64,000 nt of DNA from Candidatus Ornithomonoglobus sp. (GTDB taxonomy: Bacteria > Bacillota > Clostridia > UBA1381): the NCBI GenBank assembly GCA_045649185.1, contig JAZRPM010000008.1, forward strand, positions 7,856 through 71,855, given 5' to 3'. The stretch's first letter is position 1. The number at the start of each line of letters is the position of its first letter. This document shows positions 1 to 8,350 of this stretch, one piece after another. The position numbers and the translations under genes are program-made. The notes under the pieces are model-generated. The model searched no databases. It saw only the letters and a list, made by a program, of their open reading frames with translations, and had not been told where the DNA came from.

Positions 1-872
1 AGCTCTGCTTTCTTACGCAGGATTGCAAGTCTTGTATCATAATCCGGAACTGAAATATCAAATGTAAGTCCCTGTGAGAAACGTGTTACAAGTCTTTCTT
101 CAAGTGTTATAAGTTCACTCGGTTTTCTGTCGCTTGTAAGAACTATCTGTTTATTAAGGCTGTGAAGGTCATTAAATGTATGGAAAAATTCTTCCTGAAA
201 ACCTTCACGGTTCTGTAAGAACTGAACATCGTCTACCAAAAGTACATCAGCAGTTCTGTATTTCTTTCTGAACTCGTCCATTTTATAGTTCTTGATACAT
301 TCAACGAACTCTGCTGTAAAGTTCTCGGTTGTTATATATAAAACCTTATAGTCGGGATGTTCTTTCTTTATCTTATTACCTATAGCACACATAAGATGTG
401 TTTTTCCAAGTCCTGAATTTCCGTAAAGGAAAAGTGGGTTATAAATACGTCCGGGGTTTTCACTTGTGCTTATTGCCGCTGCTGCTGCATATTCATTTGA
501 TGAGCCGATGACGAAGTTTTCAAATGTGAACTTTTCATTTATTGAAAGGTCTTTTTTATGTATCTGTACAGTTGTTGTTTTTTCCTCATTATCAGAACCG
601 CTTGTTTCGTTCAGATTTTTAAGCTCATCCTCAAGCATTACATTAAGTGTGATTTTCTGACCTGTGTATGCCTCAAGAATGCTTTCTATTTTATTTTTAA
701 ATCTGAACTCTATCATGTTACGGTTAATAGAAGAAGGAACAGCTATTGTAAATACAGAATCTTCAAACGAAACAGCTTTTGCAGGCTTGATGTGAACAGT
801 GTAGCTTACTTCAGCTTCAACAGCGTTCTTTATAGCATCCTGCAGCTCTTCCCAAATTTTTGTGCAGTCCAT
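1..872 (-). CDS. dnaA: chromosomal replication initiator DnaA, N-terminal ~290 aa (3' part lies beyond the window edge)
   Basis: Absent from the ORF track because it is open at the edge. Reverse complement from ATG at 872-870 reads MDCTKIWEELQDAIKNAV..., then NPLFLYGNSGLGKTHLM (Walker A) and ADVLLVDDVQFL (Walker B). RBS AAGGAGA lies just upstream. Confidence 0.95.
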   Translation of the reverse strand, partial: MDCTKIWEELQDAIKNAVEAEVSYTVHIKPAKAVSFEDSVFTIAVPSSINRNMIEFRFKNKIESILEAYTGQKITLNVMLEDELKNLNETSGSDNEEKTTTVQIHKKDLSINEKFTFENFVIGSSNEYAAAAAISTSENPGRIYNPLFLYGNSGLGKTHLMCAIGNKIKKEHPDYKVLYITTENFTAEFVECIKNYKMDEFRKKYRTADVLLVDDVQFLQNREGFQEEFFHTFNDLHSLNKQIVLTSDRKPSELITLEERLVTRFSQGLTFDISVPDYDTRLAILRKKAE

Positions 873-981
873 TTCATTTCTCCTTATCCGATAGTTTACC
901 TATATTATATCACACTATATTATACCATAAGAAAATTTATTTTGCAATATGAAATTTAAAATTGTCCGATTGGTATAAAAT

Positions 982-1025
982 AAAAAATTAAGTAGCAAAT
1001 ATTTTTTTGCTACTTAATTTTTTTA
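982..1025 (-). terminator. intrinsic terminator downstream of the 1026..1949 gene (A/T-flanked, could act in both directions)
   Basis: 12-bp inverted repeat ATTAAGTAGCAA (987-998) / TTGCTACTTAAT (1007-1018), flanked by an A-run and a T-run. Confidence 0.7.
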
Positions 1026-1949
1026 TTATTGCCAAATATCTACTGTTCTTGTGTTGCCGTCCCAGTTAACATCAGCATTCATAGCCTCTGCAACTGCTCT
1101 TAAGGGAAGGTATGTTCTGTCATCAAAAATTACGGGTGGAACATCAAGCGGAATTTCCTTATATCCGTTCTTGTATGCAGTATAGTTATTTATCTGGAAT
1201 TCAAGAGTAGTATAACCGTCTGTCATTGTTACAATCTGGTTAATACCGTCCCATGAAACTCTGTAACCCATTTCTTCTGCAACTGCACGGATTGGAACTA
1301 AAGTTCTTTCCTCAACAATCATAGGAACACTGTCGGGATAGATACGTTTGTTATCTATCTTTATTTTTATTTCACCGGTTTCAAAAGAAATACTGTCAAG
1401 CAATGCCGAAACATCTCTGAAGTTGTTATCATCTGTACTTCTGCCGTACTCGATGAAATATATTTTACCGTTTCGTGCAGTTAAAAAGACTGTATCATAG
1501 AATGGTGTATCAATATAACCGTATGCATGTGCTGTGTAAGCTTTCTCATATCTGAAATATTTTACATTATTATAATATTCATATTTTGTAATAACAGAGT
1601 CGGTAGTGATATTTATATATATATCATTATTTGAAGCAGAAAGCTCATCGGCTAAATTTTGATTAGAATATGTTTCTTCACATAATTGTGTTAAATCAGC
1701 CTTAGTGAATGCATCTATTCCTTTTGAAGAATATGCAAGAATATTATCTATTGAAAAAATTTCCAAATCTTCTACTCGTTCAGAATATTCATTATAAACA
1801 AAAGAAAGATCATCACCTACTTGTTCCCAGTTGTCTGAAATATTAAATGTTATTCCATTATTCTTATCTTCAATCCATCTTGCAAAAGATGTAATTGATG
1901 TTGATAGAAGTATTGTTGCTGCGCATAATATGCTGATTATTCTTTTCAT
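1026..1949 (-). CDS. secreted protein with copper amine oxidase N-terminal-like (stalk) repeats
   Basis: Signal peptide MKRIISILCAATILLSTSITSFA. The C-terminal half has two repeats, LVPIRAVAEEMGYRVSWDG and YLPLRAVAEAMNADVNWDG, typical of the Cu_amine_oxidN1 domain. RBS AAGGAGA precedes the ATG. Confidence 0.7.
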   Translation of the reverse strand: MKRIISILCAATILLSTSITSFARWIEDKNNGITFNISDNWEQVGDDLSFVYNEYSERVEDLEIFSIDNILAYSSKGIDAFTKADLTQLCEETYSNQNLADELSASNNDIYINITTDSVITKYEYYNNVKYFRYEKAYTAHAYGYIDTPFYDTVFLTARNGKIYFIEYGRSTDDNNFRDVSALLDSISFETGEIKIKIDNKRIYPDSVPMIVEERTLVPIRAVAEEMGYRVSWDGINQIVTMTDGYTTLEFQINNYTAYKNGYKEIPLDVPPVIFDDRTYLPLRAVAEAMNADVNWDGNTRTVDIWQ

Positions 1950-2105
1950 TTTTTATCTCCTTTTAATATAAATAATTATATATAAATTATATATAAAAAA
2001 TGATAAAAAGTCAATATATATACATATAAAATTTGACAATTTATAAATATGTATGATATACTATGTAATGAGAAAAGAAAGTATTTTCAAAGGGAGAAAA
2101 AGAGA

Positions 2106-2807
2106 TTGAAAAAAGTATTGATAACCGGCGGAAGCAGAGGGATTGGTGCACAGTGCGTCAAGGATTTTTCGGAGCTTGGATACGAAGTATATTTCACATA
2201 TAATAAAAGTGAAGAAAAAGCGAACGAATTATCAAAAGAAACAAATGCCACTGCAATTAAATGTGATATATCAAAATCCGATGAAATAGAAAAGATAAAG
2301 GAACTAGGGGATATTGATATACTTATAAATAATGCAGGAATTTCAGAAATTAAAATGTTTCAGGATATAACAGAAGATGACTGGGACAGAATGTTTGATG
2401 TAAATATAAAAGGAATGTTTATTGTAACAAAAGCGGTTGTTGACGGAATGATAAGGAAAAAAAAGGGAAGAATAATAAATATATCGTCAATATGGGGAGA
2501 GGTCGGAGCAAGCTGCGAAGTACACTACAGTGCTTCAAAAGCGGCTGTTATAGGTTTTACAAAAGCGCTTGCAAAAGAACTCGCACCATCAGGAATAACT
2601 GTAAATTGCGTATCACCGGGTGTTATAATGACAGAAATGAACGCACATCTTTCAAAAGAAGATATAGAAGAGCTGTGTGAAGAGACGCCGGTTATGAGGG
2701 TTGGAACAACATCAGAAGTGTCAAAAGCTGTTATGTATCTTGCAGACGAAAAAGCGGGATTTGTGACGGGTTCTGTACTTCCCGTAAACGGCGGAATAAT
2801 AATGTAA
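2106..2807 (+). CDS. short-chain dehydrogenase/reductase, FabG-like 3-oxoacyl-ACP reductase family
   Basis: TGGSRGIG cofactor motif, NNAG, and S...YSASK catalytic triad. The ORF opens at ATG 2049, but TTG 2106 after AGGGAGAAAA gives the usual MKKVLITGG N-terminus. Confidence 0.85.
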   Translation: MKKVLITGGSRGIGAQCVKDFSELGYEVYFTYNKSEEKANELSKETNATAIKCDISKSDEIEKIKELGDIDILINNAGISEIKMFQDITEDDWDRMFDVNIKGMFIVTKAVVDGMIRKKKGRIINISSIWGEVGASCEVHYSASKAAVIGFTKALAKELAPSGITVNCVSPGVIMTEMNAHLSKEDIEELCEETPVMRVGTTSEVSKAVMYLADEKAGFVTGSVLPVNGGIIM

Positions 2808-2930
2808 AAGTTTACATAAAAAACACAAAATTATTATGTAAACACAAGATTTAATGTAATATAAGTGAAATAATTGTGACAAACAATTAACAATGCTTAA
2901 AATGGCTTAAATATAACGTTTTAAGGGTAG

Positions 2931-3143
2931 TTATCCATATTATCCATAAAGTTATACACAGTTTTCGTGGAAAATAAAACCTTTAGAAATGGCTTAACTT
3001 CGTAAAATTGATTAGTTTACCAAAAATTATAGCGAAAAATAGCGAATTTAAGTGTAAAAGTGTGGAAAACTCGTTGAAAATATGGAAAAATGGCTTATTT
3101 ACGTTACTTTTACACAAAAATTTTTATTAACAAGTGTGGAAAA
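2931..3143. promoter_or_regulatory. cluster of DnaA-box-like 9-mers (candidate oriC / DnaA-box cluster)
   Basis: Four sites fit TTWTNCACA: TTATACACA 2952-2960, TGTGGAAAA 3061-3069 and 3135-3143 (rc TTTTCCACA), TTTTACACA 3108-3116. One-mismatch sites: TTATCCATA 2931-2939 and 2940-2948, CGTGGAAAA 2966-2974, TATGGAAAA 3081-3089. Confidence 0.6.
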
Positions 3144-3165
3144 CTCAAAAATAAGGAATAAAAAT

Positions 3166-3828
3166 ATGTTAACACAGAGACTTAACTGTATAATAAATTA
3201 TGTAAACTGCGAAGTGGCAGCAGATATTGGGACAGACCATGCATATGTTGCAACAGAGCTCATTCGTCTCGGACGTGCAAAAAGAGTGATTGCAGCAGAT
3301 GTAAGACAGGGTCCTTTAAATGCCGCTATCGAGAACATCAAAAAGAACGGAATGGAAAATGAAATAGAAACAAGGCTCGGAAGTGGGTTATCAGTACTAA
3401 AGCCGGGCGAAGTTGATGAATGTGTAATAGCCGGTATGGGCGGTGAGCTTATCTCGGAGATTTTAAAAGCAGATATTGAAACGGCACGAAGCATGAAACT
3501 TATACTTCAGCCGATGAATGCACAGTATGAGGTAAGAAAGTATCTCATAGAAAACGGTTTTGAAATATTAAAAGAAGACATTGTATGCGAGGGAGAAAGA
3601 GTATATAATGTAATAATAACAAAAAGCGGTGAAGGAGAACCGTTCAAAAACGAAATTGACTGGCACATTCCGCCGTACTTGAAAGAACATCCATTGTATG
3701 ATAAGCTTCTTTCTAAAAAGAAACGTGAATTCAATAAGATAGTGAAAGGATTACGTGAATCAAGGAACTGTGACTTTGAAAAGCTTACATATTATAAAGA
3801 ATTATTAAAAGAGATAAACGGAGAATGA
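3166..3828 (+). CDS. trmK: tRNA (adenine22-N1)-methyltransferase TrmK (YqfN family)
   Basis: MLTQRLNCIINYV..ADIGTDHAY...IAGMGGELI...LILQP matches the TrmK signature I recall from B. subtilis YqfN. RBS AAGGAA precedes ATG 3166. The longer ORF from 3082 runs through the DnaA boxes and has no RBS. Confidence 0.9.
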   Translation: MLTQRLNCIINYVNCEVAADIGTDHAYVATELIRLGRAKRVIAADVRQGPLNAAIENIKKNGMENEIETRLGSGLSVLKPGEVDECVIAGMGGELISEILKADIETARSMKLILQPMNAQYEVRKYLIENGFEILKEDIVCEGERVYNVIITKSGEGEPFKNEIDWHIPPYLKEHPLYDKLLSKKKREFNKIVKGLRESRNCDFEKLTYYKELLKEINGE

Positions 3829-4610
3829 AAATGGTTAAGGTTAAGGATATAATAGAAAGAATAGAAAAGTTTGCACCGTGTGAGCTTGCATATGATTGGG
3901 ACAACACCGGTTTTATAATAGGGGACAGAGAAAAGGAAGTAAAAAAAATATTTCTAACCCTTGATGTGTTTAAAGAAACAGTTGATGAAGCAATTAAACT
4001 GGGTGTGGATATGATTATTTCGCATCATCCGATTCTTTTCAAGGGTATTCAGACTATTGATTATTCTACGCAGGACGGATACATAGTAAGTGAACTTATA
4101 AAAAATGATATCGCCCTTTATTGTGCACATACGAGTATGGATTGTGCAAAAGGCGGAATAAATGATGTATTAGCGAATAAGCTTGGTATAAAGACTCCGC
4201 AGGTGATTGAAAAGAATGAAAGTTTTTCGGGTTGCGGTCTGGGAAGAATAGGTGATTTGTCAGATAAAACAACACTGGAAAAATATGCAGAGATTGTAAA
4301 AAAAGAACTTTATACACCGTTTGTGCGTGTATGCGGTGATTTTAATAAGGAAATAAAAAAAGTTGCTGTCGGCGGTGGTGCGTGTGATGATTTAATTGAT
4401 GATGCAATTAAAATGGGCGCAGATGTATTGGTAACTGCAGATATGAAATATCATATATCGCAGGGAGCAGTTTGTGACGGTCTGTGCGTTATTGATGCAG
4501 GGCACTATCCGACAGAGGCTTTTGTGACGGAGATTTTTGAAGAGATAATTGACGGTATGGGACTTGAGATTTTTAAATCTACCCATAAGGACGTATTTTC
4601 TGTTATATAA
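3825..4610 (+). CDS. Nif3-like dinuclear metal centre protein (YqfO / GTP cyclohydrolase 1 type 2 homologue)
   Basis: YDWDNTGF, ISHHPILFKG and HTSMD motifs. Follows trmK as in the Bacillus yqfN-yqfO pair. The start overlaps the trmK stop (ATGA); ATG 3831 is an alternative. Confidence 0.9.
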   Translation: MKMVKVKDIIERIEKFAPCELAYDWDNTGFIIGDREKEVKKIFLTLDVFKETVDEAIKLGVDMIISHHPILFKGIQTIDYSTQDGYIVSELIKNDIALYCAHTSMDCAKGGINDVLANKLGIKTPQVIEKNESFSGCGLGRIGDLSDKTTLEKYAEIVKKELYTPFVRVCGDFNKEIKKVAVGGGACDDLIDDAIKMGADVLVTADMKYHISQGAVCDGLCVIDAGHYPTEAFVTEIFEEIIDGMGLEIFKSTHKDVFSVI

Positions 4611-4625
4611 AGAAGGGGACAGTAA

Positions 4626-5891
4626 ATGTATAATTTTGAAGATCTTAATAAAATGACAAAAGACAAGCTTAAAGAAGTTGCTGAAGATATGGGTATAGAA
4701 ATATCGGCTTCAATGAAAAAGCTTGATATAATAAATTCAGTTCTTGAAAAGGAAAAAGAGTCGCAAAAGAGTGAAAGACCTGCAAACGTGACAGAAAAAA
4801 CGGGTGTTCTTGAAGTTAAGGATGACGGTTACGGTTTTTTGAGATTTGAGAATTTTGCGGCATCGGCTGATGATATATATGTGTCCCCAACACAGATAAG
4901 AAGATTTAATCTTAAAACGGGAGACGAGATAACGGGTGATTGCAGAATAACAGATGAAGAAGGAAAGTCTTCACCTTTATTATATGTAAAGAAAATAAAC
5001 GGCGACCCGCTTGAGGTGGCGTTAAAACGCCGTCCGTTTGAAAAACGAGTGCCGGTGTTCCCGGAAGAAAAAATAAACCTTGAAACAGACAGGGACGAAT
5101 ATGCAACACGTATAATTGACCTTATTGCACCGATAGGAAAAGGACAGAGAGGTATGATTGTTGCTCCCCCAAAAGCTGGAAAAACTACTATAATAAAGAG
5201 CATCGCTAAGGCTATTGAAAAGAGTAACCCGGAGATAAAGCTCATAATTCTGCTTATCGACGAAAGACCAGAAGAGGTAACAGATATAAAAGAATCTACG
5301 GATTGCGAGGTTATATACTCGACCTTTGACCAGCAACCCGAAAACCATTGCAGACTTTCAGAGCTTGTTTTAGAGCGTGCCCAGAGACTTGTTGAGCAGG
5401 ATAAGGATGTTGTGATTTTGCTCGATTCAATAACAAGACTTGTAAGAGCATATAACTTAACAGAGCCGGCAACGGGAAAAACACTTACCGGCGGACTTGA
5501 CCCAAATGCATTATATAAACCGAAAAAATTCTTTGGTGCGGCACGTAATATAAAAGACGGAGGAAGTCTTACAATCATTGCAACGGCACTTGTTGAAACG
5601 GGAAGCCGTATGGACGACGTTATTTTTGAGGAGTTTAAGGGGACAGGAAACATGGAACTTAAGCTCGACCGTATCCTGCAGGAAAGACGCATATTCCCGG
5701 CAATAGATATTGTAAAATCGGGAACTCGTCGTGAGGAGATGTTAATATCATCTGATGAAATAAAGGCAAGCTGGAAGCTTCGCCGGATGGTTTCAAGTGA
5801 TGGTCAGGACGGATATGTTAAGGCATTACAGCTTCTGCGTGCAACAGATAAAAACAGTGAATTTGTCGGGCTTATAAATAAACAGAATTAA
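4626..5891 (+). CDS. rho: transcription termination factor Rho
   Basis: N-terminal Rho_N (DLNKMTKDKLKEVAEDMGI), the cold-shock-like RNA-binding part (GVLEV..DGYGFLR), Walker A APPKAGKT, and the conserved C-terminus RIFPAIDIVKSGTRRE. Confidence 0.97.
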   Translation: MYNFEDLNKMTKDKLKEVAEDMGIEISASMKKLDIINSVLEKEKESQKSERPANVTEKTGVLEVKDDGYGFLRFENFAASADDIYVSPTQIRRFNLKTGDEITGDCRITDEEGKSSPLLYVKKINGDPLEVALKRRPFEKRVPVFPEEKINLETDRDEYATRIIDLIAPIGKGQRGMIVAPPKAGKTTIIKSIAKAIEKSNPEIKLIILLIDERPEEVTDIKESTDCEVIYSTFDQQPENHCRLSELVLERAQRLVEQDKDVVILLDSITRLVRAYNLTEPATGKTLTGGLDPNALYKPKKFFGAARNIKDGGSLTIIATALVETGSRMDDVIFEEFKGTGNMELKLDRILQERRIFPAIDIVKSGTRREEMLISSDEIKASWKLRRMVSSDGQDGYVKALQLLRATDKNSEFVGLINKQN

Positions 5892-5896
5892 AACAC

Positions 5897-5928
5897 AAGG
5901 GGACAGTTTACCGTCCCCTTTATATTTT
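5897..5928. terminator. bidirectional intrinsic terminator between rho and the AraC-family gene
   Basis: AAGGGGAC (5897-5904) pairs with GTCCCCTT (5913-5920), followed by TATATTTT. It overlaps the stop codon of the convergent gene. Confidence 0.6.
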
Positions 5929-6678
5929 GGATATTTTATTTCTCTTAATATATTCTGTTGGTGTTGTACCTGTCCTCTCTTTAAACATACGGCAGAAATG
6001 GTACGGATTTGAAAAACCGCATTGTTCGGCAACGGCGTTTATTTTAAAAATTCCTTCGCTCAAAAGACGCTTTGATTTTTGAAAACGCAAATCAAGAATG
6101 TATTGCTTTGGTGTCGTGTTAAGATGTTTTAAAAAGAGCTTTCTCAGATACACTTCACTGATATTACATTCTCTTGCGAGAGTTTCGTTTGTGATGTCGG
6201 GATTATGGTAGTTATTTTCGATGTACCGCAAAGCGGGCGAAATTGTGCTCTCGGCACTGCTCTGTGATGTAATTCTGTGGAGCATATCATAGAATATACT
6301 CATTACTTTGGTGTGATTTTCATCGAAAAGGAGCAGTGATTTTATCTGTTCAAAATCATTAACAAGACTTTGTGCATCATCAATAGGAATTTCAATAAAG
6401 GTGTCGCAAAGCTTATCCTTACAGAAAAAGTTTATAAGAGGAAAAACTCCGTCGCGGTCTCTGGAGAGCGTATAGCTTGAATCTTGCGGAAGGATAATTG
6501 CATGAGAAGGGTCTGAAACAAAACTTTTTCCGTTATGTGTATATGTAATCTGTCCCTCGGTACAAAAGGACAGCCCGTACCAAGGCCTTTTGTTTATTTT
6601 TTCTGTAATGCCTTTTTTTGAATGAACGGCCATCACATTAACAATTTCTGTGATAACGGCAGTTTTCAATCTTTTCAT
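5920..6678 (-). CDS. AraC family transcriptional regulator
   Basis: C-terminal double HTH (ETLARECNISEVYLRKLFLKH...INAVAEQCGFSNPYHFCRMFKERTGTTPTEY) with an N-terminal cupin-like sensor domain. ATG 6678 follows AGGTGA; the ORF opens at GTG 6687. Confidence 0.85.
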   Translation of the reverse strand: MKRLKTAVITEIVNVMAVHSKKGITEKINKRPWYGLSFCTEGQITYTHNGKSFVSDPSHAIILPQDSSYTLSRDRDGVFPLINFFCKDKLCDTFIEIPIDDAQSLVNDFEQIKSLLLFDENHTKVMSIFYDMLHRITSQSSAESTISPALRYIENNYHNPDITNETLARECNISEVYLRKLFLKHLNTTPKQYILDLRFQKSKRLLSEGIFKINAVAEQCGFSNPYHFCRMFKERTGTTPTEYIKRNKISKI

Positions 6679-6833
6679 AAATATCACCTGTTTGGATTAT
6701 ATCATTTTATATATCAAAAATCAAGAAAAACAAGGAAAAAAGTATCAGAAACATCAATATATTATCATTTTAAGCATTGAATATATTATATGGATGAAGT
6801 ATAATGTAAAAAAAAAATAAAGGATGTGAAAAA

Positions 6834-7571
6834 ATGGATTTTAAAGGAAAAACTGCGCTAATAACAGGTGCAGGTGTAGGAATAGGCAGAGCCGTAGCAC
6901 TCAAGTTGGCTGAAAACGGTGGGAAAATAGTTCTTTTAGATATAAACTTTGGAAAACTGCAGTCAGTAAAAAATGAAATAGAAGAATACACAAAAGATGT
7001 GCTAATATACTCTTGCGATGTAAGTGACGAAGAAAAAGTGAACGAGGTTGTAAAAGATGCAGAAAGTAAATTCGGCGGAATAGACATCCTTGTAAACAAC
7101 GCTGCATTATGGAGATGCTGGAGAAGCTTCGTAGAAACTCCTACAGAGGAGTGGCAGAAGTATATGGATGTAAATGTTATGGGCGTTGTGTATGTAACAA
7201 AAGCTGTACTGTCCGGAATGATAGAAAGAAAGTATGGAAAAGTTATAAACGTTTCTTCGGTTGCAGGTGTTTACGGTAATGCCAATATGGTGCACTACAG
7301 TGCAACAAAGGGTGCAATTATATCAATGACAAAAGCACTTGCAAAAGAGGTTGCCGATAAAGGAGTTTGCGTCAATTGTGTTTCGCCCGGAAGCGTTAGC
7401 TCTTCGGAAAACCCTGATATAAATGCAACGGAACCATCAGAACTTTCGTTTATGGGAAGAACAGGTTCAGATGCTGAAAATGCAAACCTGATACTTTTCC
7501 TTGCAAGTGATGATTCAAGTTATATATCAGGTCAAAACATACAAATTGACGGATGCAGAAAAAAACAATAA
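6834..7571 (+). CDS. SDR family oxidoreductase
   Basis: TGAGVGIGRA cofactor motif, NNAA, and S..YSATK catalytic residues. Confidence 0.85.
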   Translation: MDFKGKTALITGAGVGIGRAVALKLAENGGKIVLLDINFGKLQSVKNEIEEYTKDVLIYSCDVSDEEKVNEVVKDAESKFGGIDILVNNAALWRCWRSFVETPTEEWQKYMDVNVMGVVYVTKAVLSGMIERKYGKVINVSSVAGVYGNANMVHYSATKGAIISMTKALAKEVADKGVCVNCVSPGSVSSSENPDINATEPSELSFMGRTGSDAENANLILFLASDDSSYISGQNIQIDGCRKKQ

Positions 7572-7588
7572 TGGATGGGAAGTTATCA

Positions 7589-8338
7589 ATGAAGAAAACA
7601 TTTTTAGAGCACGACAGAGCCTTGCTTACTACAATGGTGCAGGCAGATAACCCAAAAAGAATAAAAGAGCTTATTGAAAAATCATTACCCGAGGGTGCAG
7701 AAGCGTTCGGTATGCAGTTTGAGAAAATGAAGCCTGAATACAGAACTTCCGAGGTTTACAAAGATTTGTTTTCTTATACAGACAAGCCTGTATATGTTAC
7801 CAACTACCGTTATCTTGAAAATGAAGGAAAAAGCGACGAAGAACTGGCAGAAGAACTTATTGAGATTGCAGAATGCGGTGCAACATTATGTGATGTTATG
7901 GGAGATTACTATGACATACAGCCGGATGAGCTTGCAAAAGAAAAAAACGCGATAAAAAAACAGATGGAGTTAATAGACAGACTTCACGAAAAAGGCGCAG
8001 AAGTTCTGATGTCATCGCACGTTTTAAAATTTACACCTGCCGAAAAGGTGCTTGAAATAGCAAAAGAGCACGAAAGACGCGGCGCTGATATATCAAAGAT
8101 AGTAACAAATTCGGATATATTTGAAGAACAGATTGAAAATCTCCAAATTATAAATATGCTTAAAGATAAAATGAATATACCTTTTTTATTCCTTGCAGGC
8201 GGTGATGAATGCCGAATGGTAAGACGTTTTGGCGGTGAGCTTGGATGTTCGATGTATTTGTGTGTATGTGAATATGACGAGTTTGCAACACCACAACAAC
8301 CATTGCTTAAAACGCTAAAGGCTATACGGGATAATTAA
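7589..8338 (+). CDS. type I 3-dehydroquinate dehydratase-like protein (DHquinase_I family, divergent)
   Basis: VLMSSHVLKFTPAEKVLEIAKEHERRGADISKIV aligns with the AroD segment VVMSNHDFHKTPEAEEII...DADIPKIA, which holds the catalytic His and Schiff-base Lys. The start is uncertain (7553, 7571 or 7589); 7589 follows GGGAAG. Confidence 0.5.
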   Translation: MKKTFLEHDRALLTTMVQADNPKRIKELIEKSLPEGAEAFGMQFEKMKPEYRTSEVYKDLFSYTDKPVYVTNYRYLENEGKSDEELAEELIEIAECGATLCDVMGDYYDIQPDELAKEKNAIKKQMELIDRLHEKGAEVLMSSHVLKFTPAEKVLEIAKEHERRGADISKIVTNSDIFEEQIENLQIINMLKDKMNIPFLFLAGGDECRMVRRFGGELGCSMYLCVCEYDEFATPQQPLLKTLKAIRDN

Positions 8339-8350
8339 AAGGAGAAAATA

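Noticed and set aside
558-959. 133-aa plus-strand ORF, and the 466-660 ORF, at the left edge.
   Set aside because: They overlap the unmistakable dnaA reading frame on the opposite strand and run into the dnaA promoter region. The products are low-complexity.
873-981. DnaA boxes in the immediate dnaA upstream region (TTATCCGAT at 892-900 and TATATCACA around 906-916).
   Set aside because: Each has at least two mismatches to TTATCCACA, including in the CACA core. This is not better than chance in AT-rich DNA.
3082-3165. N-terminal extension of the trmK ORF (ATG 3082).
   Set aside because: The extension is read straight through the DnaA-box repeats, has no RBS, and adds residues absent from TrmK proteins. 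ATG 3166, preceded by AAGGAA, gives the canonical N-terminus.
4829-5692. 287-aa ORF antisense to rho. Similar long shadow ORFs lie at 8491-8937, 13670-14293, 15215-15742, 28970-29323, 33886-34365, 35779-36216, 40316-40756, 46355-46930, 49357-49839, 54283-54909, 57510-58034 and 58193-59020.
   Set aside because: Each lies entirely opposite a strongly supported conserved gene, has a Ser/Phe/Ile-rich low-complexity composition typical of antisense frames, and lacks an RBS.
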